DNA of 63,889 nt, the filler included, from Octopus bimaculoides (Eukaryota): NCBI RefSeq assembly GCF_001194135.2. It is 4 parts of 4 records of this genome, joined end to end, with 100 filler letters (N's around TTAATTAATTAA, not from the genome) between each part and the next. Parts side by side here need not be neighbours in the genome. Positions count along the whole stretch, not along the records: positions 1 to 27,539 come from NC_068983.1; 3 more parts are not named here. One strand, 5' to 3'. A program made the position numbers and the translations under genes. Positions 10,933 to 23,620 of this stretch are shown in pieces. The first letter of the stretch is position 1, and each line of letters begins with the position of its first letter. The notes beneath the pieces are model-generated. The model worked only from the letters and a program-made list of their open reading frames with translations, did not search any database and had not been told where the DNA came from.

Positions 10933-12100
10933 GTTGTTGGTGATGATGTTTTTGTTGTTACTGTTGCTGCTGCTGCTGCTGCTGCTGTTGTTGTTGTTGT
11001 TGTTGTTGTTGCGATCGACCATACTTATGACCGAAGGCATTCCAGCTGCAACCGCATCATCTTCTTAAGGGTATATGGGACTACATTATCTAACTTAATA
11101 TGGGTGATCTTTGTAGGCAATGATTTGAAGTAATTTGGCTGTTATTTCTATACGGGTATGGACATAGTTACGTGATTAAAAAGTTCTCTTAATAACTACG
11201 TTGTTCTGCGTTCGATCCCACTGCACAGGAACCTTGAGCAAAAGTGTCTTCTAGAAAGATTCTGAAGGTGGAAAATTTTGACCCCAGTCAGCGAGATCGT
11301 TCCTGTTCTTGTGTTGTGGGATATTTCCGCCATCTGATTTAAAACAACCACCTAACTTCAAGAGAGTTGCATTTAGGGGATCCCACTCTGTTGCAAGTAT
11401 TCGGGCCAGGACTCTAGTTTGATTTGATCTTCCTCCCTACCACCTTCGATGCCTTGAAATGGGTCCTGAGTGCTTATCTTCCGACTCTGACTAAATATTA
11501 AACATGCCTATAATGTATTGGTTTCAAATTTTGACACAAGGCCAGCAAGTTCGGAGGAGAGGCTAAGTCGATTACATCGACCTCTATGCTCAACTGGTAC
11601 TTATTTTATCGACCCCAATAGAACAAAAGAGAAACTCGACCACAACAACAAAAAGACGGACGAAATTACCGCTAAGAATTTTGTCCGGCACGCTAACGAT
11701 TCTGCCTGCTCGCCGCCTTATGACAATCATGAACAGTAAGGGTAATATAATTAATAGCTTTGATGAACTGATAATGAAATGTAAACATCGTTTATGCAAT
11801 GCTTTCCTCCCATTCAAATCCTCATTTCGATTAGAAAATACTAGTTAATTCCCCTTCATTTTTAGTTCGTGATAATTTCTGAAGGCACATCACTTTCCCT
11901 CTCCTCAAGGATCTTACTACATCTATATAACATCATTTAATGTAATAAAAATATTCCTGGCAGATTCCTCAACTAGTTCTACATTATCTTTCCATGTTAC
12001 AACTACACGACGATGTGCCGATATGACTAAACATATTAACGTTTCCGTATATTTTGTTCTTGATAGTTAATTTCTTTAGCTACTTTCTAATTCCCCTGGG

Positions 12101-12484
12101 AAGTGGAGGCGCAATGGCCCAGTGGTTAGAGCAGCGGACTCGCGGTCATAGGATCGCGGTTTCGATTCCCAGACCGGTTGTTGTGAGTGTTTATTGAGTG
12201 AAAACACCTAAAGCTCCATGAGGCTCTGGCAGGGGATGGTGGCGAACCCTGCTGTACTCTTTCACCACAACTTTCTCTCACTCTTACTTCCTGTTTCTGT
12301 TGTGCCAGTAATTCAAAGGGTCAGCCTTGTCACGCTGTGTCACGCTGAATATCCCCGAGAACTACGTTAAGGGTACACGTGTCTGTGGAGTGCTCAGCCA
12401 CTTGCACGTTAATTTCACGAGCAGGCTGTTCCGTTGATCAGATCAACAGGAACCCTCGACGTCGTAAGCGACGGAGTGCCAACA
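12101..12484 (+). mobile_element. tRNA-headed SINE, family C, full length
   Basis: It runs from GGAGGCGCAATGGCCCAGTGGTTAGAGCAGCGGACTC...GGTTTCGATTCCC to ...GTAAGCGACGGAGTGCCAAC. A close inverted copy lies at 13241-13623. Confidence 0.88.
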
Positions 12485-13233
12485 CCTTTCTATGTTACAA
12501 CTACATGACGATGTGCCGATATGGCTAAACATTAATGTTTCCGTATATTTTGTCCCTGATAGTTAATTTCTTACTTTAGCTACTTTCTACTTCCCCTGAG
12601 CGTCATGTTATCTCCTATCAATTTATATATATTTTTAATCTACACACATTGATGTTCCCATGTATATGGATCTATCTTTAGCATTTTTACATAAGATTCA
12701 AAAATACCTGAGTTTCTTGCCTGTTTCACCTAAATTCTTACTATAGGTATGTTCTCCGGTCTTTAATTCTCTCTATACGCCCAGCAATCCTCTAACGTGT
12801 GTATATATTTATGCATTTGTAACTATATATTTAACCTTTGTTAACCTGTCACATTTCAGTTATTTTATATCTTAATATTTTTTCTGTCATTACAATGATC
12901 TTCCAGCGTACGATTCTAGGTTTATATGTTTGTGTGTATTTATGCAAGTACTCAGGATGATACTTTTATACTTGCATTGTACGAATGTATTCGTTTGTAA
13001 ACTGGACATCACTGCATTTTTGCAAAGGTCCCAGCCATCCCGCCTTGAGAACCATGTACTGCAATAGCTTGGGATTTAAGTGCTCACAGCTATTTAATAT
13101 CTTGCCAAAACATCTGAGAGACCTACATGAATTAGATGAGGTTTTTTTCAAGTCGCAACTTGATTTCCTGCTGTGCGTGTATATGCATATGTAAGGAATA
13201 CATCTATATATGTTTTTATGCTAGGTCGTATGT

Positions 13234-13623
13234 TGTTGTTGTTGGCAATCCGTCGCTTACGACGTCGAGGGTTCCAGTTGATCAGACCAATGGAACAGCC
13301 TGCTCGTGAAATTAACGTGCAAGTGGCTGAGCACTCCACAGACACGTGTACCCTTAACGTAATTCTCGGGGATATTCAGCGTGACACAATGTGACAAGGC
13401 TGGCCCTTTGAAATATAGGTACAACAGAAACAGGAAGAAAGAGTGAGAGAAAGTTGTGGTGAAAGAGTACAGCAGGGTTCGCCACCATCCCCTGCCGGAG
13501 CCTCGTGGAGCTTTCGGTGTTTTCGCTCAATAAACACTCACAACGCCCGGTCTGGGAATCGAAACCGCGATCCTATGACCGCGAGTCCACTGCCCTAACC
13601 CCTGGGCCATTGCGCCTCCACTT
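13234..13623 (-). mobile_element. tRNA-headed SINE, family C, full length, with a 10-bp target-site duplication
   Basis: It is the reverse complement of 12101-12484 plus a short (CAA)n tail, flanked by GGTCGTATGT at 13224-13233 and 13624-13633. Confidence 0.9.
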
Positions 13624-13689
13624 GGTCGTATGTATACCTAAGAATACATACATACATACATACATACATACATACATACATACATGATC

Positions 13690-14052
13690 GACTCTGTCGG
13701 TCACGAATGACTATGGGTGCACCGAAGAGGTTCCCCTCCGGGGTACATGTCTGGGCGGAAAACTCACCTGACCTGCGAATGAACAATCTAGAGCTGTTTT
13801 ATGGAAGACCAACAGTCGCTCATGCATACCAGCCGCCCTCTCTCCACGCCATCGATGTTATCCAAGAGAAAGGCAAATGCCGATACGGCTTGACATTAGT
13901 GACGTCGCAACTCATTTTTACAGCTGAGTGAACTGGAACAACGTGAAGTAAAGTGTCTTGCTCAAGAACACAACATGCAGCCAGGTCCAGGAATCGAACT
14001 CACAACCTCACGATCGTAAACTCGACGCTCTAACCACTGAGCCATGTGCCTT
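13690..14052 (-). mobile_element. tRNA-headed SINE, family E (family D-like head, different tail)
   Basis: The reverse complement starts AAGGCACATGGCTCAGTGGTTAGAGCG...TTCTTGAGCAAGACACTTTA...CACTCAGCTG, then diverges from the family C/D tail. Confidence 0.7.
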
Positions 14053-15466
14053 CACGTACATACATACATACATACATACATACGTACGTACGTACGCATG
14101 CATGCATGCATGTATGTATGCATGCATGCATGTATGTATGTATGTATGTATGTATGTATGTATGTATGTATGTATGTATGTATGTATAAGACGCCTGGCG
14201 AACAGTAAAACCTTATACAGAGAACATAATCAAACTAGAATCTGTGGCTGTACCATAAGTTAGATTTCGTAGATGACGAAATGATCTCCTTGAAACCACA
14301 CCCAAATTTTCTCGCTAAGGTAATCTGTATGTCGGGCATGTGATTGACTCTTTATCAATCTCACTTTCTGCTCTTCTTTTTGATTCTTAAAATGTACATC
14401 TTTTACCAAAGCTGTTTTTTTTTCTACGTGTAATTCCTTACAGCAAATAATTTCCAACAGAACAGCCAAATGCATCTGACGAGATAGGACAACGGACAAC
14501 CATGGAACATTTGAAATGTTACATGATATGCACCGAGCAACCCTTGTGAAACAGCTGTAGTACTTTACTACTTCTATTCCTTTCATTTATAGCCTTTATT
14601 ATCACATAACAAGCAGCATGGGTTGCTTCCTAACTGGAGTTGTGTAGCATCTGTAATCGAAATTTCCTGTCTAACCTCTGTATGGGACGAAGGGAATTTC
14701 GTGAATTGATTGAGAAACTTTATTGGTCAATTATTGATTCATTTGTGTTCTCTATAAAAGCCTCGCCTATGTCGAATTATTATTATTTATAATGACCGAT
14801 TAATCGATTCCACTACATTTTATATATGTGTGTAGTGGTGAGAGGTATGTGTGTGTGAGTGTATATATTTATGTATGTCTATGTGTGGGGGATGTACAAA
14901 CGTGTCTGAAAGTATAAATGTATACATTATGAGTGTTTGTTTTTATGTTAAATTATAATAAAAGTTGTTTACGTTAAAACGAATTACAGTGTACTTTTTG
15001 TAGAGAACATATTGATTATTCACGTGGTTGCATCTGACACGTACTTAAGGGGAGAGAATTGCTTCTAGATGGTTTATATCTAGGAGTGAAGTACGTACAT
15101 AAATTTCTATATAATTCCTTTGTTTTTTCTTCTTTTCCACGAGAAAAGGTCTTTAGTCGTGAATAGCACAATTTCATCCTCCTTTTGGACTCGTCAGCAC
15201 GACATAACTGGAGACCTAAATTAATTAAGCTAAATTCAATTTTAAAAAATGTACTTCGTTTCTTTTCTTCTTCTAACAATGAAGATAACGTTTATAAGGT
15301 TTACCATTTACACTTTCATATAATAACGTTATATTAGCTCTCTTTCTAGCGGAATTTTTATTAGGTTCAACGTCGTTTATTTGATTAAACGGGGTTGTTT
15401 CCCTTTCCGCGATGGTTATATTTGCAGCGTTTCTTCCTATTTAAGTTTTCGTATTGTTAAATAATG

Positions 15467-15547
<81 letters not shown>

Positions 15548-16399
15548 TAAAGAAAAATGATTTTGGCTTTACCCATAACAATCAAACTTTCAAAATTTCA
15601 CGGTAATGTTCCAAACACCAGCTTAGCAATAACTGTCATTTTCCTCAGTAGTCTTTTATCGTTTNNNNNNNNNNNNNNNNNNNNNNNNNNNNNNNNNNNN
15701 NNNNNNNNNNNNNNNNNNNNNNNNNNNNNNNNNNNNNNNNNNNNNNNNNNNNNNNNNNNNNNNNNNNNNNNNNNNNNNNNNNNNNNNNNNNNNNNNNNNN
15801 NNNNNNNNNNNNNNNNNNNNNNNNNNNNNNNNNNNNNNNNNNNNNNNNNNNNNNNNNNNNNNNNNNNNNNNNNNNNNNNNNNNNNNNNNNNNNNNNNNNN
15901 NNNNNNNNNNNNNNNNNNNNNNNNNNNNNNNNNNNNNNNNNNNNNNNNNNNNNNNNNNNNNNNNNNNNNNNNNNNNNNNNNNNNNNNNNNNNNNNNNNNN
16001 NNNNNNNNNNNNNNNNNNNNNNNNNNNNNNNNNNNNNNNNNNNNNNNNNNNNNNNNNNNNNNNNNNNNNNNNNNNNNNNNNNNNNNNNNNNNNNNNNNNN
16101 NNNNNNNNNNNNNNNNNNNNNNNNNNNNNNNNNNNNNNNNNNNNNNNNNNNNNNNNNNNNNNNNNNNNNNNNNNNNNNNNNNNNNNNNNNNNNNNNNNNN
16201 NNNNNNNNNNNNNNNNNNNNNNNNNNNNNNNNNNNNNNNNNNNNNNNNNNNNNNNNNNNNNNNNNNNNNNNNNNNNNNNNNNNNNNNNNNNNNNNNNNNN
16301 NNNNNNNNNNNNNNNNNNNNNNNNNNNNNNNNNNNNNNNNNNNNNNNNNNNNNNNNNATATATATATATATATATATATATATAAAGCTGAAACAGTCT

Positions 16400-17270
16400 G
16401 ATATGTACCGCAGAAACTAGCGATGGCAAATAGTAAATACAAAAAGTACAACAGTGATATGTTTGATGTGATGAAGTGGAGAGAGATTTAAGGTTTGTTG
16501 TTGTAATAAAGATAAGAAGTCCGTTTAACCAGGAAGGATGCAAGTCACAAACAGGGCCCTTCATATTGTGATGAAGTGAAGGGATCTTTATATTTCAAAA
16601 CGGACACTTCTAAACGAAATGAAACTGGGAGAATTAGCATTTCAGACGGAGCCCTTCTTTCAGTAATGAATTGGAGAGATTTGAAGTCACAGACAAGACC
16701 CTTACTGCCGAGTTAAAATGGAGAGATCTGAAGTTTCAGATGGGGTCTTTCGGTAGAGTCTATTTTAATGTAATGAAAAGAATTCGCATTCATCAGGTAG
16801 GGTCCTTCTGGCTGTGGAGAAGACGGGGTAAATCTGAAGTTTAAATTTTGGACGTCAACATTATATTAAGATGAACGTGAGGGAGATTTGAGATTTAAGA
16901 CAAGGCCAGAGTTATTGTGATAAAGGTGGTAGGGATATAATGCGCTTGTGGAAGCCTTATGCTCTAAGAACGATGAGGAAGATCTGAAGGCCGAGGTTGA
17001 GCCATTCTGGCTATTTTGAAAGCGGAGGGTGTTTGAGGAAAGGTTGTTTCTAATATGATGAAAGTGGATGAGATACAACGTGAAAGACATGGGGGTCTTC
17101 TAAAATAAGCTTATCTTTTCTGGTTGGAGGTAGAGTTAAAGTGAAGATTCTTCATGTTGTGATAAAAAGAATGAAAAGTTATCTATTGCTTCAACTAGGA
17201 TCTTTAATATATTTTTTAATATTTCGGATGTGAAACTTCAGAACCATCTTCATCACAGCAAACTAACATA
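16400..17270 (-). mobile_element. Possible decayed Penelope-like element (5' region)
   Basis: This is complex, compositionally skewed, non-SINE sequence with stop-broken frames. A degenerate hammerhead-like motif lies at 17215-17258, upstream on the same strand. Protein similarity is weak and judged by eye only. Confidence 0.3.
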
Positions 17271-17503
17271 GTATACCTCTTTGTTTTTGTTTTTCTTTAG
17301 TGTTCTACAAATGCAACGCTGAAAAATACTGGAACTTGCTAATCAGTTTAGGTATCCTAGTTAAAATCAGGTGTTATAACGGAAAAAGTATGTTCTTAAA
17401 AGAAATGTATTTTTATACGGGAAAAATGCATATACTGTGCGGTTGATTGTGTAATTTTTATTCGTACACTTATTGACAAATCTAAATTACAAAATAGTTT
17501 ATC

Positions 17504-17504
<1 letters not shown>

Positions 17505-17554
<50 letters not shown>

Positions 17555-17555
17555 C

Positions 17556-17612
<57 letters not shown>
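17505..17612. repeat. (AGAT)n microsatellite
   Basis: Directly visible tetranucleotide array, followed by (GA)n and (GT)n arrays nearby. Confidence 0.97.
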
Positions 17613-17614
<2 letters not shown>

Positions 17615-17771
17615 AGACACTCTAATTCAAAAAAAGAGAGAGAGAGAGAGGGAGAGAGAGAAAGCATTCCTGATTCTGCATACATTAAGGATCCATGGGA
17701 TACAATTACAATCGAAATGAATTATTTTCTGTTAACGTTGTAAGCCTACAACTGTTACAGAATAAGACTCT

Positions 17772-17837
<66 letters not shown>

Positions 17838-18939
17838 TTGCGTGCGCGCACGCGTGTGTATGTCTATACTTACTCATATGCATATATACATATCTATTTG
17901 TCTATGTACCTCGCTAGCTATATATATATATATATATATTAGATTAGCAGATAAATCGACAGAGAGAGAGAGAGACACACACATATGTACACGTAGACAT
18001 GTACAAATATAGACACAGAGAGAGAGGGAGAGACCGACAGACAGATGAAGGTATATCAAATGCCAAACAGCACATTCTTGATTTATTAAAATTATCTCCG
18101 CCTCAAGAGGCTGTACGATGATTTCAAAACGGCCAGCTCCACATGAGAAGGGGAGATAATATCAAGATTAAATAATTTTCCATATTTGACATTCCTTGAA
18201 GGAAAAGAGCAGTCTTTTTGCTTGAAGATAAGAGGACAGTGTAGATACGTGTTTCTGCCTCAATAAGTGTCATCATCACGACAATTGTCCCAGGTCATCT
18301 TCAGTAGACAAAGGACTTGGACATATATAAGGAGTAGAAGACATTTATGGGCTAATTGGTTTACAAAATTTAAGCAAAAATGAGTTAAGGGAAACAACTC
18401 AGAGAGACCAATGGCATATATTTGAACAACATTGAAAAATAACTGGCATTCCGTCGGTCACGAGGGTGAGCATTTCAATTGATCAGATCGACCGAACAAC
18501 CTGCTAGTGAAATTAACGTCCAAGGGGTTGAGCACTCTACAGATACATGTACCCTTAACGTAGTTCTCAGGGAGATTCGGCGTGTCATAGGGTGTGACAA
18601 GACTGGCCCTTTCAAATACAGGTACAGCTTGTTTTTGGCCAGCTGAGTTGAGAGGGGCAACGCATCGCCAGGAATTGAACTCACGATCTTACGATCGTAA
18701 GCTGAATACCAGTAAGTCCCGCACCTTCACTACATAGACAACTACAGGTATATCAAATACCATACAACATAAATTCATGGTTTATTGATTTCAAATGTTG
18801 GCACAAGGCCAGTAAGTTGGAGGAGGGGATAAGTCGATTACATTCACCCCAGTGATCAACTGGTACTTATTTTTATCGACCCCGAAATGATGAAAGGCAA
18901 AGTCGACCACGGCGGAATTTGAACTCTGAACGTCTAGCC

Positions 18940-19035
18940 CAGTGGTTCCCAGCCTGTGGTCCGCAGACCCCTGGTGGTCCGCAAAGGTAGTGCTGGGAGT
19001 CCGTGAACTAAATTGAAAATTTCATACACACACAC

Positions 19036-19073
<38 letters not shown>

Positions 19074-19178
19074 ACACATACACACACACGCACAAGGATA
19101 AGCATATTAAAAGGGGTCAGTGAGAAAACTCATTTAAATAGAAGGGCTCCTTGGTTTTGAAAAAGTTGGGAACCACTG
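18940..19178. mobile_element. hAT (Charlie-like) MITE inserted into a family B SINE
   Basis: Ends are CAGTGGTTCCCA and TGGGAACCACTG. The 8-bp flanks GTCTAGCC and GTTTAGAC are each one substitution from GTCTAGAC, and the SINE sequence resumes on both sides. Confidence 0.85.
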
Positions 19179-19724
19179 GTTTAGACGGACGAAATGCCGC
19201 TAAGCATTTTGCCGGCTCACCGTCTTAAATTCTCGATTTATTAAAATCAACTCTACTTCTGGAGACTATTTCATAATTACTAAATGGTAATTAAGACCAG
19301 CCCCTCTTCGACAGGCGGTCAGTCTATCCTTTTTTTTTTAGTTTTTTAGTGGCATGTCACCTCCAGAGATTTCTTAAATCCTGCGATTATCTCCATTTTG
19401 CAAGAGGAGCTGGTCTTGAGTAACAAAGAGCCCGAGATTTCACAGACGTTAACTTAATACCCTACAACTAGGTCACGTACTTTCACCATAGCATACACAC
19501 ATTTTTATGAGTGTGTTGGTGGATGTGGTTTGTGTGTGAGTGTGTGTATGTGGTGTGATGTATGTTTTATTCAAATATACAAATAATATAAAAACACAAA
19601 CCGAATAAATATTTCAAAAATAAATAAAAATAAAAATACTGTTTAAATATAAAATCAGAAACAACATGTTTTTCAAATGTAAATATTGTTGCAGTTTAAA
19701 ATGTATTGAGTGTGGAAGGAGAAA

Positions 19725-20120
19725 ATATTCTTTTCTACTCAAGGCACAAGGCTCGAAATTGTGGGGGAGGGTGCCAGTCGATTAGATCAATCCGACTACG
19801 CAACTGGTATTTAATTTATCGACCCCGAAAGGATGAAAGGCAAAGTCGACCTCGGCGGAATTTGAACTCAGAACATAAAAACAGGAAATACTGCTAAGCC
19901 TTTAAAATATTCTTTTCTACTCTAGGCGCAATGCCCAAAATTTTCGGGGAGGGACCAGTCGATTAGATCGACCCAGTACGCAACTGGTATTTAATTTATC
20001 GACCCCGAAAGGATGAAAGGCAAAGTCGACCTCGGCGTAATTTGAACTCAGAACGTAAAGCAAACGAATTTACTGCTAAGCATTTCGCACAGCGTGCTAA
20101 CGTTTCTGCAGCTTAACGCC
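19725..20120 (-). mobile_element. Tandem family B SINE copies
   Basis: Two consecutive reverse-strand copies share ATTTATCGACCCCGAAAGGATGAAAGGCAAAGTCGACCTCGGCG. Confidence 0.88.
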
Positions 20121-21438
20121 TTAGAAGGAGAAAATATTATTTATGTAAACCTACGTCATAGGCAAACTTGACTATTTCTGCGTTGATTGAAAAACTGGAT
20201 AGCCTTATTTGGTTTTCGAAAGTTAAGCTCTCATCAAAGGTTTCTCCATCATTTGACCAACCGAAGAGAAATAAGAAGCCAGTCTGTTTATATATTCAAC
20301 AAACCTAGCAGCTATAGAGAACTCGAGCCACTAATTTACATAGTATGTTTAACACTTTAGTCAGTATTAGCGGTCGGCTGGTCAACGAGGATCTTAGTTC
20401 ACACAGTATCAAGGTATGATATAATATGCGTAAATCTATAGAGAAATACGAACATTTCAAATTCAACTATCTCTCTGTAGAATGAAAGAAAAATGATGAA
20501 CAGCCTTATACATGCATATATACACTTACATCTTAAACCACCAGTGCCCGGCCTGCGACAAATCTTTCCAGGCATGCCTCGAACAGATTGACCGCAGCCG
20601 GACACAATATGCCCCCTTCGTTTTCTCCCCTATTATGTCATTGATCATCGTCGACAACGGCAGATATACTAATAAGCCTTTCTACTATTGGCACAAGGCC
20701 TGAAATTTGGGGGAGGGGGTAAGTCGAGGGAGTAAGTACGTAACTGGTATTTATTTCATCGACCTCGAAAGGATGAAAGGCAAAGTAGACCTTGACGGAA
20801 TTTGAACTCAGAACGCCTTCAAAACGGACGAAATGCCGCTAAGCGTTTTGCCCGGCGTGCTAACGATTCTGCTAGCTCACCGACTTTCGGATGTACTAAT
20901 AATAAAAAACAATTTAACATTAAAGAGAAGGATTACGCAGCACTTTTTAGTAGAGCGCACACTTATTAGCTTTTAAAAAGAAAACTTTGAGAATTTGTAT
21001 GTATGTATGTATGTATGTATGTAGCATCTTGCCCCTTTAACTGGTAAGTAACGTCATGATTTAAAGTCTACCCTTTCCCTGCCTCTTTTTATAGACAGTT
21101 ACTTATATCCAACTGACTACTCCTAATGACTTATTTCCTCCCCGAGGAAAAGGGATGCATATGATAATTTATGACCATACCTAGCCATGAGCTGTCGACT
21201 CACTCTTGTCCTTTATTCAAAAGAGACAGTCTTCTAGTCTTAGACTTAGTAGTTGATAAAGAAATAAATGAATTACAATCACTTACAACACTATGATCCC
21301 ACTAGGCTTCATGCGATTCTTGGAAGTGTAGTCTATTCTTAGCTACAATAGGGACTATATGAATTTCTTCCATCTTCTTGGTCTGTTAAAGTATAGCATA
21401 TATATATAGCATATATATATATACATGTATATATATAT

Positions 21439-21700
21439 AAGCAATGTTAATTCTCTAAATGAGGTATTAACAGAAACTGCACGATAAAGTGAAGTATATT
21501 GCCACTTAAATGTGGCTGACCCCTAGGGGTGGATGTTACTGTTGCTTTTAGCCCCAGGAGGACATCTCCTCCAGCTGGCTTATCGACACACTTCTGTGTC
21601 CTGTTTGTTTTGCCAAGGGAAGTTATCCCTCTCATCGTGATCTGTAGCACGAACGGACCCGAGTTTCAGGGTTATTTCCCTTCGTCAGCGTCCGATAGCC
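21439..21700 (-). mobile_element. Short non-coding repeat (family P1) carrying a hammerhead ribozyme motif and ending in (TA)n
   Basis: Closely similar copies lie at 48025-48240 and 60076-60194. It has internal palindromes (CCAGCTGG, CCCCTAGGGG, GCCAC-ATTTAA-GTGGC) and a 5' hammerhead at 21650-21694. Confidence 0.82.
21650..21694 (-). ncRNA. Type I minimal hammerhead ribozyme motif (predicted)
   Basis: The minus strand reads CGGACG-CUGACGA-AGGG-AAAUAA-CCCU-GAAA-CUCGGG-UC-CGUUCG. The CUGANGA/GAAA/UH core is complete, stem I has 6 bp (one G-U), stem II has 4 bp, stem III is short and near-palindromic, and the cleavage triplet is GUC. Confidence 0.78.
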
Positions 21701-21704
21701 ACCG

Positions 21705-22205
21705 ATCTGCGATGACCACTGTTGAAATCAGTAGTCCAGACAGCTGAAGACAAATATCCTCCATAGAACCAGTATAGTTCCCAGGTTCTCAGAATCCATT
21801 TGGCCATTCGTCTGCACATTTCCACCATCTTGGTAATATGTACATGAAACGAAGAATGGTTGCTCAAATCAATCCACAGATCACGCATTGTACTTGACTT
21901 TGGGATTGCCGCTGGTTGATAGCGAAGGGCTTGGAATTTTCCAGCATTAAATTGCATATTGTTTTCTTCAGCCCATTTATATATAGCATCTATGTCTTTC
22001 TGTAGAAGACTAGCATCGAAAGGTCCCTTGACTGCTTTTGTCTTGCCGGCATAGCTAGTAAGTGTGACTATCTGTGCAACTGATAGTATGTCCGAAAGAG
22101 CTACTACTATAAACAGCAGCGGCCCCAACACAGTTCTCTGAGGCACACCATTTACTATTACTGTCTCTTTGGAGAGGGGCTCATTGATTGCCACAGCTTA
22201 GCGTC
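21705..22205 (-). mobile_element. CR1/L2-group LINE reverse transcriptase fragment
   Basis: ORF 21685-22194 contains VIVNGVPQRTVLGPLLF, YAGKTK (decayed YADDTK), LLQKDIDAIYKWAEENNMQFNAGKF and MAKWILRT. Confidence 0.85.
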
Positions 22206-22804
22206 TGTCTTTTAAGAAGTCATGTCAACTGCTCTCCTTGTTTTCCGACTATATGTATGCATGTATGCATGCATGCATGTATGTATGTATGTATGTATGT
22301 ATGTATGTATGTATGTATGCATGTATGCATGCATGTATGTAAGTATGTATGTAGGTTGCACATGTGCTTCAGTGTGTCATTATTTCTTTATTCGACGTTG
22401 CAGTGTGAGGTTAGTTTTATAACTTTTCTGATTTTGATAACGGTGAATGTATGTGCCACTAAAGGAAATTATCATGATTTGAAAGAGTGAGACTTCCATT
22501 ACAGTTTGCAGTGCACGCCGTAAAATCATTAATTATTCACGATAACAGCGATAATAAATAAGATTAGAAAATGGAAGGCCTTATTTAGTTACATTCTTAT
22601 AATGTAGGAGGACGGACAATTTTAACGTATCTCTCTGAGCGTGTAACCGTGGCTAACACAATGTAGGAGAAGCTGCTGGTGATGGTAGTGGTGGTGGTGG
22701 GCAGCATAGAGATATGAGTAAGAATGGTAATGGGGAAGAGTTAGAGCGATGAGATTGTAAGAACAGGATTACGAAAAAATACTGTGGCGATAAATGTGGT
22801 AAGG

Positions 22805-23620
22805 TAACGAGCTGTTAGAATCGTTTGCGCGCCGAACAAAATGCTTCACGTCATTTCTTCCATCTCTTAACGTTCTGAGTTAAAAATCCCACCGATCTCG
22901 GTTTTGCTCTTTTTCCATTCGGGGTCGATAAGATAAAGTTGAGTGAGTAGGGTCAACGTAACCCTGACCTCGAAATTGCTGCTCCTGTGTCAAAGTTAGG
23001 AATAATTATTTCTTAAAGCAGTGATGTGGCAGAACAGCTAGCGCATTAAGGCGCGAGCTGATAGAAACGTTAGAACGCTGGGCGAAATGCTTAGCGGTAT
23101 TTCGTCTGTCTTTATGTTCTGAGTTCAAATTCTGCCGAGGTCGACTTTGCCTTTCATCCTTTCGAGGTCAATAAATTAAGTACCAGTTGTGTATTGGGGT
23201 CGATCTAATCGACTGCCGACCCCTCCCCAAAAATTTCGGGCCTTGTGCCAAGAATAGGAAAAAAAAATTGCTTGCGCATTGGACAAAATGCTTCCAGGCG
23301 TTTCTTCTGGCTCTTTACGTTTTGAGTTCAAATTTCGCCGAGGTCATCTTTGCCTTTTATCTTTTCGAGGTCGATAAAATAAATTCCAGTTGAGCACTGG
23401 GATCGATAGAATCGATTAGTTTCCTCCCCCAAAATTTCAGGCCCGGTACCTACTGTAGAAAGAATTATTATTAAGGCAGCAAACTGGCAGAATTGTTTGT
23501 GTAGCGACATCTCTTCCGGCTCTTTACGTTCTGAGTTCAAATGCCACCAAAATCATTTTCCTTTCATCCATCCAGGGTCGATAAAAAAGATGAAGTACCT
23601 GTCAAGTACGGTGGTCGACG
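22805..23620 (+). mobile_element. Cluster of 4-5 family B SINE copies
   Basis: GTTCTGAGTTCAAA...GTCGAT blocks recur head-to-tail. Confidence 0.82.

Noticed and set aside
15557-16564. Long ORFs here and at 42266-42848, 55760-56485, 59090-59750, 59997-60506 and 62120-62653
   Set aside because: They are open only because they run through N gaps.
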